Source of the DNA: Octopus sinensis
Lineage: Eukaryota
Length of the DNA: 64,000 nt
NCBI RefSeq assembly: GCF_006345805.1
Contig: NC_043001.1
Coordinates: forward strand, 92,628,001 to 92,692,000
Direction: 5' to 3'
Part shown: positions 38,748 to 52,409 of the stretch, piece after piece
Position numbering within the stretch: position 1 is the stretch's first letter
Layout of the letters: every line of letters begins with the position of its first letter
Program-made: the position numbers and the translations under genes
The notes under the pieces: generated by a model
What the model was told of the DNA's origin: nothing
Seen by the model: only the letters and a program-made list of their open reading frames with translations
Database searches by the model: none

Positions 38748-41050
38748 CATACATATATATTTTATATATATATATATACATATATAAATATATATATATA
38801 TACATATATATACACACACATATATTATATATACATACATATATACACAATTACTAGACCTTTTATTAAAAAATAAGAAAAAATGCAAATGAAATAAACA
38901 AAATTTAAAACTGTAACATAACCAGGTCTTCCTCCAGCTTTTTGTTTTTTTTAAGATGGTCAGTGTTTGAGTTTATGTGTAAAAAAATGAATGAGTATAT
39001 GTGCAATAGCCTAACTTGTATATTTAAAAGAATTGGTTGAGCATGTATCTGTTTCCATGAGCAATAAAAACAGCTAATGAGAGATGGTGAGAAGCCAGTA
39101 ATGAGACTGAAAAAAAATGAGCAAAAGCGGGAGGGGGGTTAAACTGCACAAAGATATTTTAACTTCTCATTGTTAATCTTAAAGTTATTGACATTTGCTT
39201 TGAAAGAAATATCAGAGGATAATGGATGTTATAGAGCTAGTATTCATTAAAGATGCACTGAAAAAATAAGCTTGTATTTTATCATACTCTATTCAAGTGA
39301 AAGAAAAAGAGAAACAGAGAAGCTGCATTAAGTGTGATTTTATAGGAAAACTTTAGCATCTTATGGATTGGTAAAGTGACACAGTTATAATAAAATTATT
39401 GATTAGCATATTTTTTTTTTAGAATAATTAATATTCAAATAAAAGATGTTGAAAACTTTAATACAAGCCATTTTTATGTTTTGAATTTGGATAAGGAACA
39501 TTATTGCAGTCAGCTCAAACTACATAATAAGAACGAAGCAATTTATAATGAAATTGATTGAACCATGAAGCTGGGGAGGTTTATATTAAATTGTATCCAC
39601 TAAAACCTACAAAAACTTGTAGGTTTCAAGTGTATATATTCATTCTGTGTTGCAAGTATATATCTAACTTATATCACTACTAACACTGTACTACTCAGAA
39701 AATAATCAGGTTTATTACATAGTTATCAGAATCTATGGTACACTATTAATATTCACTACTAACTAGAAAGAAGAAAATTTAAATATGCTAGGTTGGACCC
39801 TAAATGTTCTCTTTCTAGCTCTCTCTCATACATACACACATTCACAAAAAAGTTTATTAAAATAATTGACAAGTGGTACACAGGAAGTCATACCTCCAGA
39901 AAATGGAGACAGATTAACCTAAAATCATAGCAAATGAGCTACATCCATACTGATTGACAGAATATGAATATTCATTTACATTATTACATGATTCTTAACT
40001 AACATTATCTAATTTCAGCAACATAAGCTGCCAGACCATCTTCAAAGGCTTTTTGTAAAATGCCTGCATCTGATTACAATAGATGTATCGTTCATCATAC
40101 AATTTTTCACCCTTCAGGCTCTGAATCAAAGATATTCGTTACTTTAATTCCTAATAGCCTTTTATATAGACATGCTTCTTCAGTCTAACTAAAAATGAAC
40201 TTTTTTTGTGATAAGTTGTCATTTTCCATGATATTTTTGTATATGATGCCAAAGATCTGAGGGTGAAGTGTTTAAGTAAAAAGTATAATGTATTCCAAAT
40301 CTAAGTGAATAACCATTTACCTTAGCTTCTTTGCCTACTTTGCTTTATAGCTTAGATATTAAAAGTAGTGCATCCAGCTATAAATTTAGTCACAAAATCC
40401 ATTAAGAAAAAACAAGAAAGAAAATGTAAGTAAAAGAAACATACGATTAAAGATTAGTAAAATTAGGGAGACTACATGTTCATACATGTATATCAAAAAT
40501 ATTCAATTGAAAGTCAGAAGACAGAGAGAGTGTAAAGTCCAGAATAGTGATATTTTAAATGCTCTTAATCCATAATGTATTGCTTGAAGTAATTGTTACT
40601 AAAATGATGAATGTCCTTATTGTAACAAATATTTTGACTGGAGGCCAAATTGGAAGACCTGGAAATAATGCCAGTTAAAAAGGTCTGCCATAAAATATGC
40701 ATTCATTAACAAGTAAAGACAAATTTTAGACAGGTGGTTGGATACAGGAGCATGGAACATTGTACATATAAACCAAAACACACACACATGGAACAAAGAA
40801 AAATTGAAAACAGAACAAACTTGTTCGAAACATGTTAATATTTTATCACAATTTTTCTTTCTTTTCAACTTTAATATAAATTTAGTTTTTTTTTTTTGTG
40901 TTGTTTTTCAAAGCTGTCATCCTGAAAAGTTATCAATGATGCATCTTCCTCCTGTAGCCACACGCATAATAATAAATGCTAACAACTGTTAATATAGATC
41001 AAATATGAAAATAATAATAAAACTAATAATAATGATAATAATAATAATAA

Positions 41051-41096
<46 letters not shown>

Positions 41097-42438
41097 TCAA
41101 ACAATGATGATGATTAAGGAAGACAATCAACTATAATCATAATCATTTGAATTATAATCAAAAAGATACTTTTTATTCACTGCAAGATGAAAAATCCATT
41201 TGAGCTTTTGATATTCACTGATGTAAATATATGCATAAATATATTGTGTGTATGTGTGTGTGTGTATGTGTTTGTGTGTGTACACACATACACATATATA
41301 TATATGCTTGTGTGCACACACATACGCACACACACATGCTCACACACGTGTGTGTGTGTGTGCATGTAAAGTGTGTGTATACATATACATGCACATGTAT
41401 GTATATATACACATATATACTATGTAATAGCATTTCTTTCTTTCATTGATTATTCATTTCAATATACATTTTATTTCTTTTTAACGTATGGCAAACACAC
41501 TAAAATACTTATTTGTGCATGCAAAGTAAAAAAACAACATTTAATAAAATATACCAAACAGTTTAGATTGATTGGGGCATGGGGTATATTTATATTGTTG
41601 ATATTGTTGTTGTTGCTGCTGCTGTTGTTGTTGTTGTATATCTAGTTTCAAGTGTTTTTTTAATATTTTCATTTCAACTTATCTCTTTACAACTTGTTCA
41701 CACACACAAACGCACAAAGTTATGTTCAATAATGGTAATGATAGCTGTAGTATTAAAGGCAGATTATGCACTTCCCAAAGAGACTGTGAATAAAATTTAT
41801 TTTATTTTTTTCTTTTAAATTAAATTGTTACTTTTGATAGATGACATCATACATATATAATAATGGAAAATACATTTTCTGTATTGTCATTTATCTTCAG
41901 ATATTTTTATGCATACAACTGCTTAATGTCTCTTTTATAATCAATATATCCTCCCCTCTTGATTAGCAGACTAGATGCTTTAAGTAGAGTAGGCCTTGGA
42001 ATTTGATATGGCACATGATTTTACATACAGATGGTTAATTAATTACAAAAATACATAATCATCAATTTAATAATATATTCAAATATATTTAGTGGATATA
42101 TTTTCAAGAGATACTTGTAAAATGACATCTTAAGGACCTAACTTTTCAAGTTCTGATATAAGTACAATTTAAGAAATTTTCCATTCAACTTATATTATCA
42201 GCATGTATAAATGTTAGCATTAGCAATGTTATTTCTTTTGCATAAATCTTATATCCTTTTGCTAATCAATTTTTCTGCATTCTGTCCCATACAGCTTAAG
42301 CAATAAAATTTCTTTGACAAATTCCTCTTCAGTTGTTACTTTGATTACAAGTTTTAATACATATTTCTCTAGGATGTGCTTCTATGTACTGTCAATACCT
42401 ACATTTACAATTACAACAGATTCTTTAAACAAAATTAC

Positions 42439-42553
42439 CTTATACATACATGCAAACACATACACCCTGGCTCCATTATAAAGAAAACTACTTTTAAGAA
42501 TGTGTATGTGGGCATAACAATACGTCCAAAGCAAAAGGGTAACTTTATAATAA
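42439..42553 (-). CDS. Candidate exon (IIKLPFCFGRIVMPTYTFLKVVFFIMEPG.. or alternative frame), product unknown
   Basis: Acceptor tttactacctttccaatacAG and donor AAG|GTAATT; 115 nt; two frames open. Confidence 0.2.
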
Positions 42554-43641
42554 CTGTATTGGAAAGGTAGTAAATATATGTGACACATTTGCAAAAATTG
42601 GGAATTGGCATAGGGAATTAGCATTTTCAATCTTTCAATCTCAATAACAAAAAAAAAAACAATGCATACATAATTTACAACAAAATATTGAGTAGTAACA
42701 ATGTTTCCTTTTTTTTCCACTTTTATAGATTAATTTATACCAATAGATGATTAAATGAAACATACAACTGAAGTAGAACGCTGTCTAGTGAAATTCACAA
42801 ATGTAAAGGGCAGCAACAGACCAAGCAAGTACAGAAAACAAATTTGAGGCATAACAAGAAGCTTGATTATGTGATTGAGGCATTTGATGTTCATTAAATA
42901 AATAATCTGCACTGAATTCAGTTAAGCATGCTCATAACAGTGGAATTCAGACCTGATCAATGGCTGACTCTTTACAGTGCTAACGGTAATTGTATATAAG
43001 GATACTGCTTACATATTTAAGACATTATTGGTACTACACACACAAATCTTTCAGGTAACTAGAAATACCTGTTCTTCAAAATGCTACAACTACAGGCTTA
43101 TAGACATTCTGTATCATCTACTTTTATTATAACAGCTTCTCTTCTCCTCAAACACACACACACACATATAGAGGATTTCTTTCAGTTTCTGTCAACCAGA
43201 TCCACTCAAGGCTTTGATCAGACTAGGGTTATAGCAGAAATTACTTGCCCAAGATAACACACATACTGAACCCAAAACCATGTGATTTGGAAGCAAAGTT
43301 CTTAACCAGAAAAACATACCTGCACCTGTAGCCATGGCTGTGCAATGTAGTATAAATTCTAAAATTAAATCTTATATCAAATGCTCAAGGATACTTTGTC
43401 AGTAGAAATAGATTTTTAACTGGATATTGATCATGAAATTTCAAGTTTAATCAACATTTCTAGCTGGCCACAACTAAATACAATAGAACTTAAAGGAGAT
43501 TATAAGTGACATTTCAAATATGAAGGTATAAAACAATTACTTGAAGAGTGTACAATTTGGTAGGTGTGAAATGAGCAATGCTTTTTATTGAAATGTGTGT
43601 ATGGAGTCTGATTATCTATCTATCTATCTATCTATCTATTT

Positions 43642-43692
<51 letters not shown>

Positions 43693-43723
43693 TAGATATA
43701 TAGGAGGAAGTAAGAAGAAAAAT

Positions 43724-44389
43724 AAGTGAAAATGCACATTGGAAATCAAAAAGAGGGAAAGCTTTTTTTGAAAAGTAACGATGGATATATACAATTAGAT
43801 GAACTGAGGTAGAAATAAAAGTAATAAAAGTCATTATTGTGAATTGTTAAAGAGATTCAAAAGCATACCGGTTTTGTGAATTTACTAATCATTGCTTCGA
43901 ATGCACACCGATTAATGAATGATGTCAGGTCTACTAGTCCCTGAGTAAAACGATTGTGTAAGGGAGGTATGTAGTTCTGGATTTGGTGCAATTAGGGTAC
44001 ATATAGATCTGTAATATGAATGGTGTATGGGATGTATGGGGATTAGTGGTATTAACTGAAAGGTTAGTAGTGTTCTGTATTATGTTATGTGTTCATATTG
44101 AGTTGTTGAAGATATTTATTGATGAAAGTTGCCTCTTTATTCATTCTTTGTTGTACTGAAACGTTTTACTCACTAATTAGTAGACCTGACACCGTTCATT
44201 AATCGGTGTGCATTCAAAGCAATGATTAGTAAATTCACAAAACTGGTATGTTTTTGAATCTCTTCAACAATTCACATGAATTACTTTTATTGCTTTTATT
44301 CCTACCTCAGTTCATCTAATTGTATATATCTATCGTAACTTTTCATAAAAAGTCTTTACTTTTTTGATTTCCAATGTGCATTTTCGCTT
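43724..44389. mobile_element. Fold-back PLE relic: ~210 bp inverted arms (43724-43936 / 44178-44389) around a spacer with the PLE ORF end
   Basis: gaatgcacaccgattaatgaa..gtcaggtctacta / tagtagacctgac..ttcattaatcggtgtgcattc; the spacer minus strand reads VQQRMNKEATFINKYLQQLNMNT*, like the R..KE..FI....P.LN terminus of GIY-YIG PLEs. Confidence 0.82.
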
Positions 44390-44996
44390 TGCCCTTACAT
44401 TTCCACATGTAGTTTCTATTTTCTTTTTTTATCATATTTCTATAGATGTATACATACATACATACAGAATAATAAATGGAATGGAGAAAGATCAAATCAG
44501 GCAAACTACAATGAACATATATCTATAAAAATTGCTCAAAAAACATATATTGATATATTAAAAATACATATAAAAATATATATAGACATAAAATATATGA
44601 ATATATAAACATAGTAATAATATAATGGAGTATATGATTACAGATAAAAATGTTTTTTAAAAAAAGAATTACAGATATAGTGAAGAGAAAATAATAGGCA
44701 TCAAAATAAATTTTAGGTTACATATTAAAAGAAAATATTCCTATGGCTCTGTTTCAGGGGTTCAATCCCCCAAGTAAAAAATAGATCTTATAATTCATTT
44801 TCAGAGAACATTTCCTTCATTGGGGGAAAAAGTGATGTTTACGGTAGAAATGCATTCAGTTTGTTGCCAAGGTATGAGTGGAATGGAAACTTTTATGGAA
44901 GAACAGATATATTTATGCAAATGGTGGAAGTTATCTGAGGGACAATGGGAGTAAAAGTTACATTATTTAGTGTCTTTATTAAAATTTATATTTATA

Positions 44997-45564
44997 CTAG
45001 CTGACCCAGTGCCATCAAAAATGATGGTCAATTGTAGTATTTTATATATAAATAAGGTATGACATAAAGTACTTAATAATCACAGACACAAACATTCACA
45101 TACTTCACTTGTACACACACACACCCATACGCATATACTCAGAGTTGTAATACTGTATGAATTTTCTTTTCAGCATTGAACATTTACCATCCCATTTCCA
45201 TTGTGTGTGCGCACACACACACACACAAACAAGCATTCACATACCTCCCTTTTACATACACACACATATACCCACAGAGTTAAAACACTGATTTTTTTTC
45301 CATTCCTTCCTTTCTCATTCATATGTTGTGACAGAGGAAAATAGAAGATACATGATGTGCTCTTTGCCACTTTCTTTCTCTCATTGCTATTACTTTCTCT
45401 CACACTCTCTCAGTCAGGGCTATTACTCTCACTACTTCTTCATTGAATTACTATTTTCTCTCCTCTCCCTTCACTTATACTACTCTTTCTCCTATTCCGT
45501 GATTCTGGACAAATATATATATATACAAATATATAAAAACACTACACTCATTATTATCAAGAGA
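44997..45564 (-). mobile_element. Non-autonomous Helitron (568 bp)
   Basis: The minus strand starts TC and ends CTAG, has a subterminal hairpin CCATCA-tttt-TGATGG about 11 nt before CTAG, and is inserted between A and T with no TSD; the sister arm at ~47470 shows the empty site. Confidence 0.85.
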
Positions 45565-47639
45565 TTGGCAGTATCGTGTTACATGCAACATGATGTTAAT
45601 TTGTTTACATGAACGAATAGCATCAGAAAACTTATTTAATACGGTAGAATTATAGAGGCAGATTCTTTTATGTACATTCTACATCTGTCCATAATTGTGC
45701 TGTATGGTGTGTGTGTGTGTTGGTGGTGGGGGGACTCATTTATAAAAGGCCAAGATAATGTATAATTGACATTCTGCAATTTTAAATCCTGAATGTAAGC
45801 TAGTGCCACTGAGTTTTTATATTTTAGCTTACTGAATGAATTTAAATGGGTTTCTTATCGTCTCTTAAAATCTATAGTGCTTCCTATGTATACTCTTACT
45901 TGATGTTTGTCATTTGCCACACTGCATTTATATATTACATTTTTTTTGTAAACAAAATCCAGGGACCCTACAATTACGAGTTTTTGCATTCTTATCTTCA
46001 ATTTCACTCGGATTTATTTAGGATGTGTGAGTTGGCCTATGTTTAGTTGGGATTGATTGCACTTAGATTTACATACACTTACTTTTTTTGTTTTACAAAT
46101 TTTATTTGGACTTATATGGGGTAACTTATGGTGATCTAAGCTTTTAGTCATTTGAAGTTGGAGTTTATTTCTATTGTCACACTTAATTTAAACACTTAGT
46201 TATATTACCTTTACTGGAAACCAAATCAAACATTACACTATATAAACACTTTCTCTAATCATCCTAAATGAACTCTCGATGGTATCATCGTGGCTATCTC
46301 TATTAGAATCTCTAACCTATCAGCAAACAAGGAGATCTTTAATGTACATGCCCCATTTTATAATCAAGCGCTAAAATAAAGAGGTTTTCAAGATCATATT
46401 TTCTACATCTTCGACACCAAACTCAAAACCAAATTAACTAATCTCCCATCTGACATCAATCTTGAAATTACTAATACGATTTCTTCCTTAAATTATAAAA
46501 ATATAAGAAAAAATTTTGTTGACCATACTAAACTTCAAAACCTGTTCTATATCTGAACACCCTACTGTAGTAACCCACTCTAAATCTAGAAAAATGGAAA
46601 TTATTTGGTTTGCCCTCCCATTTTCTCTCAGAGTTAAAAATTTACCAAAACTGTTCTTTAAGATTCTGAAATTAAATTTTCCTAAGCATCACAAATATTA
46701 CCCCATATTTAACAAACACTATAAAGTTATCTTACTCTACCACACCAAATTTAGGATCTATAATTGCATACACAAGTAGAAATAAACTCCAATTTCAAAT
46801 GACTAAAAGCTTAGTTCACCATAAGGTATCCCATATAAGTCCAAATAAAATTAATAAAACAAAAAAAGTAAATCTAAATCTAAATGCAATCAATCCCAAC
46901 TAAACATGGGCCAACCCAACACAACCTAAATAAATCCGAATAAAATCAAAGAATGCAAAAACTTGTAATTGTAGGGTCCCTGAATTATGTCTGCTCGCTA
47001 GATTTGTTTACAAAAAAATGTAATATATAAATGCAGTGTGACAAATGACAAACATCAAGTAAGAGTATACATAGGAAGCACTATAGATTTTAAGAGACGA
47101 TAAGAAACCCATTTAAATTCATTCAGTAAGCTAAAATATAAAAACTCAGTGGCACTAGCTTACATACAGGATTTAAAATTGCAGAACATCAATTATACAT
47201 TATCTTGGCCTTTTATAGATGAGTCCTCCCCACCCTCACACGAACACACACACACCATACAACACAATTATGGGCAGATGTAGAATGTACATAAAAGAAT
47301 CTGCCTCTATAATTCTACCGTATTAAATAAGTTTTCCGATGATATTCATTCATGTAACCACAGATATTACTCAACTTTCATGAGACTTTTTAAATCTGAA
47401 TGTACTCAACAATAGCCTAACTAAGTTACACCGCACAACTTAACATCATATTGCCTGTAACACGATACTGCCAATATAAATTTTAATTTTAATAAAGACA
47501 CTAAGTAATGTAACTTTTACTCCCATCAGCCTTCTTATAGACTTCCACCATTTGCACAGATATATCTGTTCTTCCATAAAAGCTTTCAGTTACCTCATAA
47601 TTGACAACAAACTTAATACATTTCTACCGTAAACATCAC

Positions 47640-47735
47640 TTTTCCCTGATGAAGGAGACATTCTCTGAAAATGAATTTTAAGTTTCACATTTTACTCGGA
47701 GGATTGAACCCTTGAAACAGTCGAAGGAATATTTT
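47640..47735 (+). ncRNA. Degenerate hammerhead-like motif in the PLE terminal repeat (mirror copy ~44745-44830, minus strand)
   Basis: CUGAUGA-AGG...CCUU-GAAA-CA-GUC is present, but stems I and III are poor; the mirror copy has CAAUGA. Confidence 0.4.
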
Positions 47736-48062
47736 CTTTTAATATGTAATCTAAAACTTTTTTGATGCCTATTATTTTCTCTTCACAATATCTTTAATTC
47801 TTGTTTTTAAAAAAAGATAATCTATGATCATATACTTCATTATATTATTACTATGTTTGTATATTCATATATTTATATGACCATGTATATTTTTAATATT
47901 CACATATTTTTAGATGTATTTTTATATGTATTTTTTTATATATCAATTTAAGATTTTTGGACAATTTTTATCTTAATTAAATCTGTATACATATGTGTTC
48001 ATTGTAGTTTGCCTGATTTGAACTTTCTCTGTTCAATTTATTATACTTGTCTAATGTTTCAG

Positions 48063-48086
48063 GTTCAGCTTGAGCATTTCTATGCG
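48063..48086 (+). CDS. Candidate 24-nt symmetric microexon (VQLEHFYA)
   Basis: Branch-like ctaat, tttcAG acceptor, GCG|GTATGT donor; frame-preserving length. Confidence 0.22.
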
Positions 48087-49506
48087 GTATGTACCTTTCA
48101 TAAGAAAAATATAACTATATATATCCAGATTGTCACTTAGGCATGTACTCACGAAAACATTTGTAGTAATTATTATCAGTATAAATGTGAATTTATAATC
48201 TGGATTGAGAAGCTTGTGGTTTCAAAGCAGTTATTGATAGTTATCCTCTTTCTCTTTGATTTTCAAAGAGATATTCACATCATCTGAACAGATGGCCTCA
48301 ATGATCATACATACTTTGTCTTGTCTATCTCAAACAACAATATCTGGCCTTTTATGTTAGCACTTGGCAGATGTTTTGATAGGAATATTCCACTAGTATT
48401 CCTTGTGCTGATGTTTGTGTGAATATATTCAATAAGAGGAGGATTCTCTAGATTTAGTCCATGACAGTATTTTTACTAATTGACGCTGCATATTGTTTTT
48501 GTGACAATATTGTGTCGCATACAGCGATAGTATCAATAACATTTTTAAGCAGCTATTAATCACATGTGATGTTTTCAGTAGAAATATGACATAATGTACA
48601 TTTTCAGCTGTGTGTGCATGTTGACATCTGCATTTGGATATGTGAAAATTATGGCATTAGGGGATTGTTGTTCTTAGCACTTCAGCTAATAAATTATCTG
48701 CTTACTGTGTACTATCAAAACCACATAGAATAACAGGCCTCTTGCTTGAAGAATAGATAACGGTTGACATCAAGAGGTGTATCCAGTTGTAAAACTATGC
48801 CTCAATAACATATTCCTCAAACCTAGTCATCACATTCTCATTCCTACCTTTCCACCAACTCATATCTATCATCTAGCAATCCTCCACCCTTGCTTATCAT
48901 TTACTATATTCACTCCTACCTACACCTCTAATCATCTATCACTCTCTTCACACACCATAGGGACCTCTACCCACCAACCCTACCTGATATTCTGTTCCCA
49001 CTATCATTTCTATTCACCTTCTTGTACATTGAAGGGACCCATTAATATTCTGTGACCACCAACTTTATCTAGCAAGAAACCTGTTCCTTCTTCCATGCCT
49101 AAACTTCTCAACACTAAGCACAAAACTCTTTTCCCATTTCTTTTATACTCAGTTGAGGAAGCTCTTTAGGCTAGTGACTTACATAACAACTTCACATGTG
49201 CTGGTGCTAAGTAAAAAGCATCCAGTATGATCTGTTAGGTGATTGGCATTAGGAAGAGCATTTAACAGAAGAGTGCATGTCAAATCAGACCCTCAAGCAG
49301 AACACAGCCCTCTGACTAGTCAAATCCTAAGCTAGCATTAAAAAAAAGAGTTCAGTGGTGATGATGGTATTTGTATTTATGTGTATGCATATGTTTGTAT
49401 ACTGTATATTTATGTATATCTGAAAGGTTTTTAAGTATAAATATATGTATGTGTGTGTGTGTGTGTGTGTGTGAGTGAGAGAGAGAGAGAGAGCAAGAGC
49501 TGATAA

Positions 49507-49570
<64 letters not shown>

Positions 49571-49599
49571 TCATATATATGTCCATCATGCCTTTACAA

Positions 49600-51150
49600 A
49601 CACTTCAGCATCAAGTGTTTTACTTTATCATTTGATGTTAAGTATGTATCTCAAACATCTTAGATGGAAGCACTCAAACAGTTCAAGATGCCTATAGTGT
49701 ACTGTCCATGTTCCAGAAGCATACAGTAGAGCTGTTAGAATGCAAGCCTTGTAAAAACTCAGCTTGGTTTTCTTGATGATGCTCTGATTTGCCCAGACTC
49801 TCTTTTCAAGCTTCCCAAATGCTATAGATGCTCTTTGAATGTGTATATGTATTTCTGCATTTAAGGAGCCATCTCTCAACAATACGCTGCACAAGTAAAC
49901 AAAAGTGTCAACTACACCCAATCTTGTGCCCTTTACATTATCTGGTTTGATATACAGTTCACCTGGTGCAGGTGTGAACATTACCTTGTTTTCTTTACCA
50001 GACTTATTTTAAGATCAAAGGCTGTACATGAAACAACAAAACAGCCCATAACATGTTGTATATCATCAGCAGTGTGAGCCATGAGGTCAACATCACCTGC
50101 ATGAAAGAATTTCCTGATCAAATGTTTCCAACTTGAAGTTGAACCTTCTCAAGTTGTAGTAGTTCTGAACTGCAAGAAGACATCCTTATCACAGTTGTGG
50201 AATGCACGTGTAAGCAGAGCAGCAATGAGTATAAAAAAAGGGTGAGAGCAAGAATTTCACTTTGCTTTACTCCACTGTCAATTAGAATTTAATCAAAGAA
50301 TTTTCTGTTAAAGACAACCCAAGTTTTCATGTCTTCCTGCAACTGTTTAAACATACTGACAAATAGAGGTGGGCACCAAACATTTCCAAGGGTTGTCTAC
50401 AATGTATCTCTGTTATCTGTTTCAAAAACATTTGTTAAATCAACAAAGACTTAATATAAAGGTCCCTGCAGTTCAGTGCATCTCTCTTGTCTAGAAGAGA
50501 ATATCATGTTCACTTTCCTCCATCCGATCTAAAGCCACTCATCATATCTACTTATATGTGTTGGGCAGGGCTTGTGCATATGGGAAATAATGGGATTCCG
50601 AAGCTATTCAATGGTGAGCAGTGTACTTAAAAGCATCCTCAGCACAAACCAAAATAAAGGTACAAAGACCGCATAAGAGGTAACCTGAATGAACTGAAAA
50701 TCTGTGTAAAGAACTGGGAAGAATTAGCTGTGGAAAGAGTCGAGTGGAGGAAGTGTATAGGGGACGGTTGTAAAACTTTTAAAGAAGATTGCATTGAGCA
50801 TGAAATCCTAAAGCAGTTGCGTCAAAGTGGCTATTACCAGAACCTCAGTGAGAACATAAAGTTTGGGAGGTGTGAAACATTTGGTCATGTACTCCTTTCT
50901 AAGGCTGTGTATGTCAACAATATGACATTCCATGAAAAATCAAATGTATGCAATGTCCTTCCTCCAAGGCTAAGTGATTCCAAATGCATAGTATGTGAAA
51001 CAGTTTGCAAATTGATTTCAGGACTGAAGAGAGATATGATAATTCACAGGTATCATATCTCACAAAGTGATCAGATCAATCCAGTGGAAGTTACAACTTT
51101 CATTTGTCACCTATGTTTCAAACTATGCAATGGGACTGAATAGTTATATA
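49600..51150. mobile_element. RTE-clade LINE with an inverted 5' portion (RT on minus 49628-~50525; C-terminus on plus ~50560-51143)
   Basis: Minus: KVNMIFS, FVDLT.VF, SGVKQ, VDTFVYL, IQRASIAFGKLEKRVW, FHLRCLRYILNIK. Plus: CWAGLV.MGNNGIPKLFNGE, RYKDRIRGNL, WEELAVERVEWRKCI. Confidence 0.88.
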
Positions 51151-51245
51151 AGAGGTCATAGATGGAATGTCAGAAATGACATTGACAACAACAAAGCACA
51201 GAGAGATGACAATCATCTGTGAAGATTAAACAATCACTATATTAT

Positions 51246-51276
<31 letters not shown>

Positions 51277-51280
<4 letters not shown>

Positions 51281-51458
51281 TGGCACGTAAAAAGCACCCA
51301 CTACACTCACGGAGTGGTTGGCGTTAGGAAGGGCATCCAGCTGTAGAAACATTGCCAAATCAGACTGGGCCTGGTGCAGCCTTCTGGCTTCCCAGACCCC
51401 TGCTGAACTGTGCAACCCATGCTAGCATGGAAAGCGGATGCTAAACGATGATGATGAT
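51277..51458 (+). mobile_element. Young truncated RTE-tail SINE/LINE tail with (GAT)n
   Basis: ggcacgtaaaaagcacccactacactcacggagtggttggcgttaggaagggcatccagc is identical to 33340-33398. Confidence 0.9.
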
Positions 51459-52409
51459 GTTGATATGTAAAATCATATATATGAATAACAGAAAAACCTA
51501 ATAGTGTGTACCTTCTATAAATTTAACTGTGTTTATCCTATGAAATTTATCATTTACATAGAATTAATCTATAGACTGTGGCAATAGATTAATTCCAAAT
51601 AAAATAGAAAAGTTGCCAAACATTAGATATGTTATTCATCCTGAGTCATGTTTAAAGTTGGGTGACAATACATGGATAAATAGAGAATTTATGAAAGGAC
51701 ATCTACAAAATAGTTATTTAGAACAAGTGCAAATTATATGTGTGGTAATTGAATTTGAAAAGCATATATCTGCTACCGCCACTTAACTGTTAATTATCTT
51801 CTATTGTATTGTCTTATTTTCCAGCTGAAAGATATTGGCAAGACTTGTTTTGCTACTTCTGTATTGCTACTCTATAAATATGATGTGCAACTATCTTGAT
51901 ATGAAATATTCCACCTTTCTTCAGTTTTATTATTTGATTAACTATTCTATCAAATCATCATACTGTTCTTTTCCTCAATACACATGTGTTTTAATGCTCA
52001 GTGTGCTCTATGACATGCAGCTATCCTAATCAATTATCTATCAGTTCGTCAAGGTACTATTAATACTATTTAGAAAATGGTCTTTCCATAAACATCTTTC
52101 AGTTTATCCCTGCTTCTATTAATTTCACAATAAACCAGCTTATCAGCAACTTAATGAAGTAGAGAATCATTTCTTTTGTCAGTTTCTTCTAGAGTTTACA
52201 ACCTGTGGTGCTTGCATGTTTATTTAATAGAGGCAGCTAACCTATAAAACTAAGTTATAATGAATAAGACTAGCCACATCCTAGTTTGAAATTCCAGCCT
52301 GATCCAAGCATATATAGGATATACACACAAGTTCATATGTCTATATTTAAGTGTCTGCATGTATATGGTATAGAAATATGACATAAGATGATCAGAGAAT
52401 AAGGTATTT

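Larger units (their letters stand above)
44470..48045 (+). mobile_element. Penelope-like element 3' part (RT thumb + GIY-YIG) with a ~1.2 kb inverted duplication (44470-46181 vs 46770-48045)
   Basis: The spacer and right arm encode decayed KPNQTLHYINTFSNHP, WFALPFSLRVKNLPKLFFKILKLNFPKHHKYYPIFNK, CNCRVP, NVIYKCSV...VYIGSTIDFKRR*ETH; the left arm is the reverse complement of the right. Confidence 0.9.

Noticed and set aside
40606-40670. DECPYCNKYFDWRPNWKTWK* resembling a C2H2 zinc finger
   Set aside because: No His ligands, an immediate stop and no splice context.
42920-42986. LITVEFRPDQWLTLYSAN resembling a laminin-G strand
   Set aside because: Weak acceptor and only a superficial motif match.
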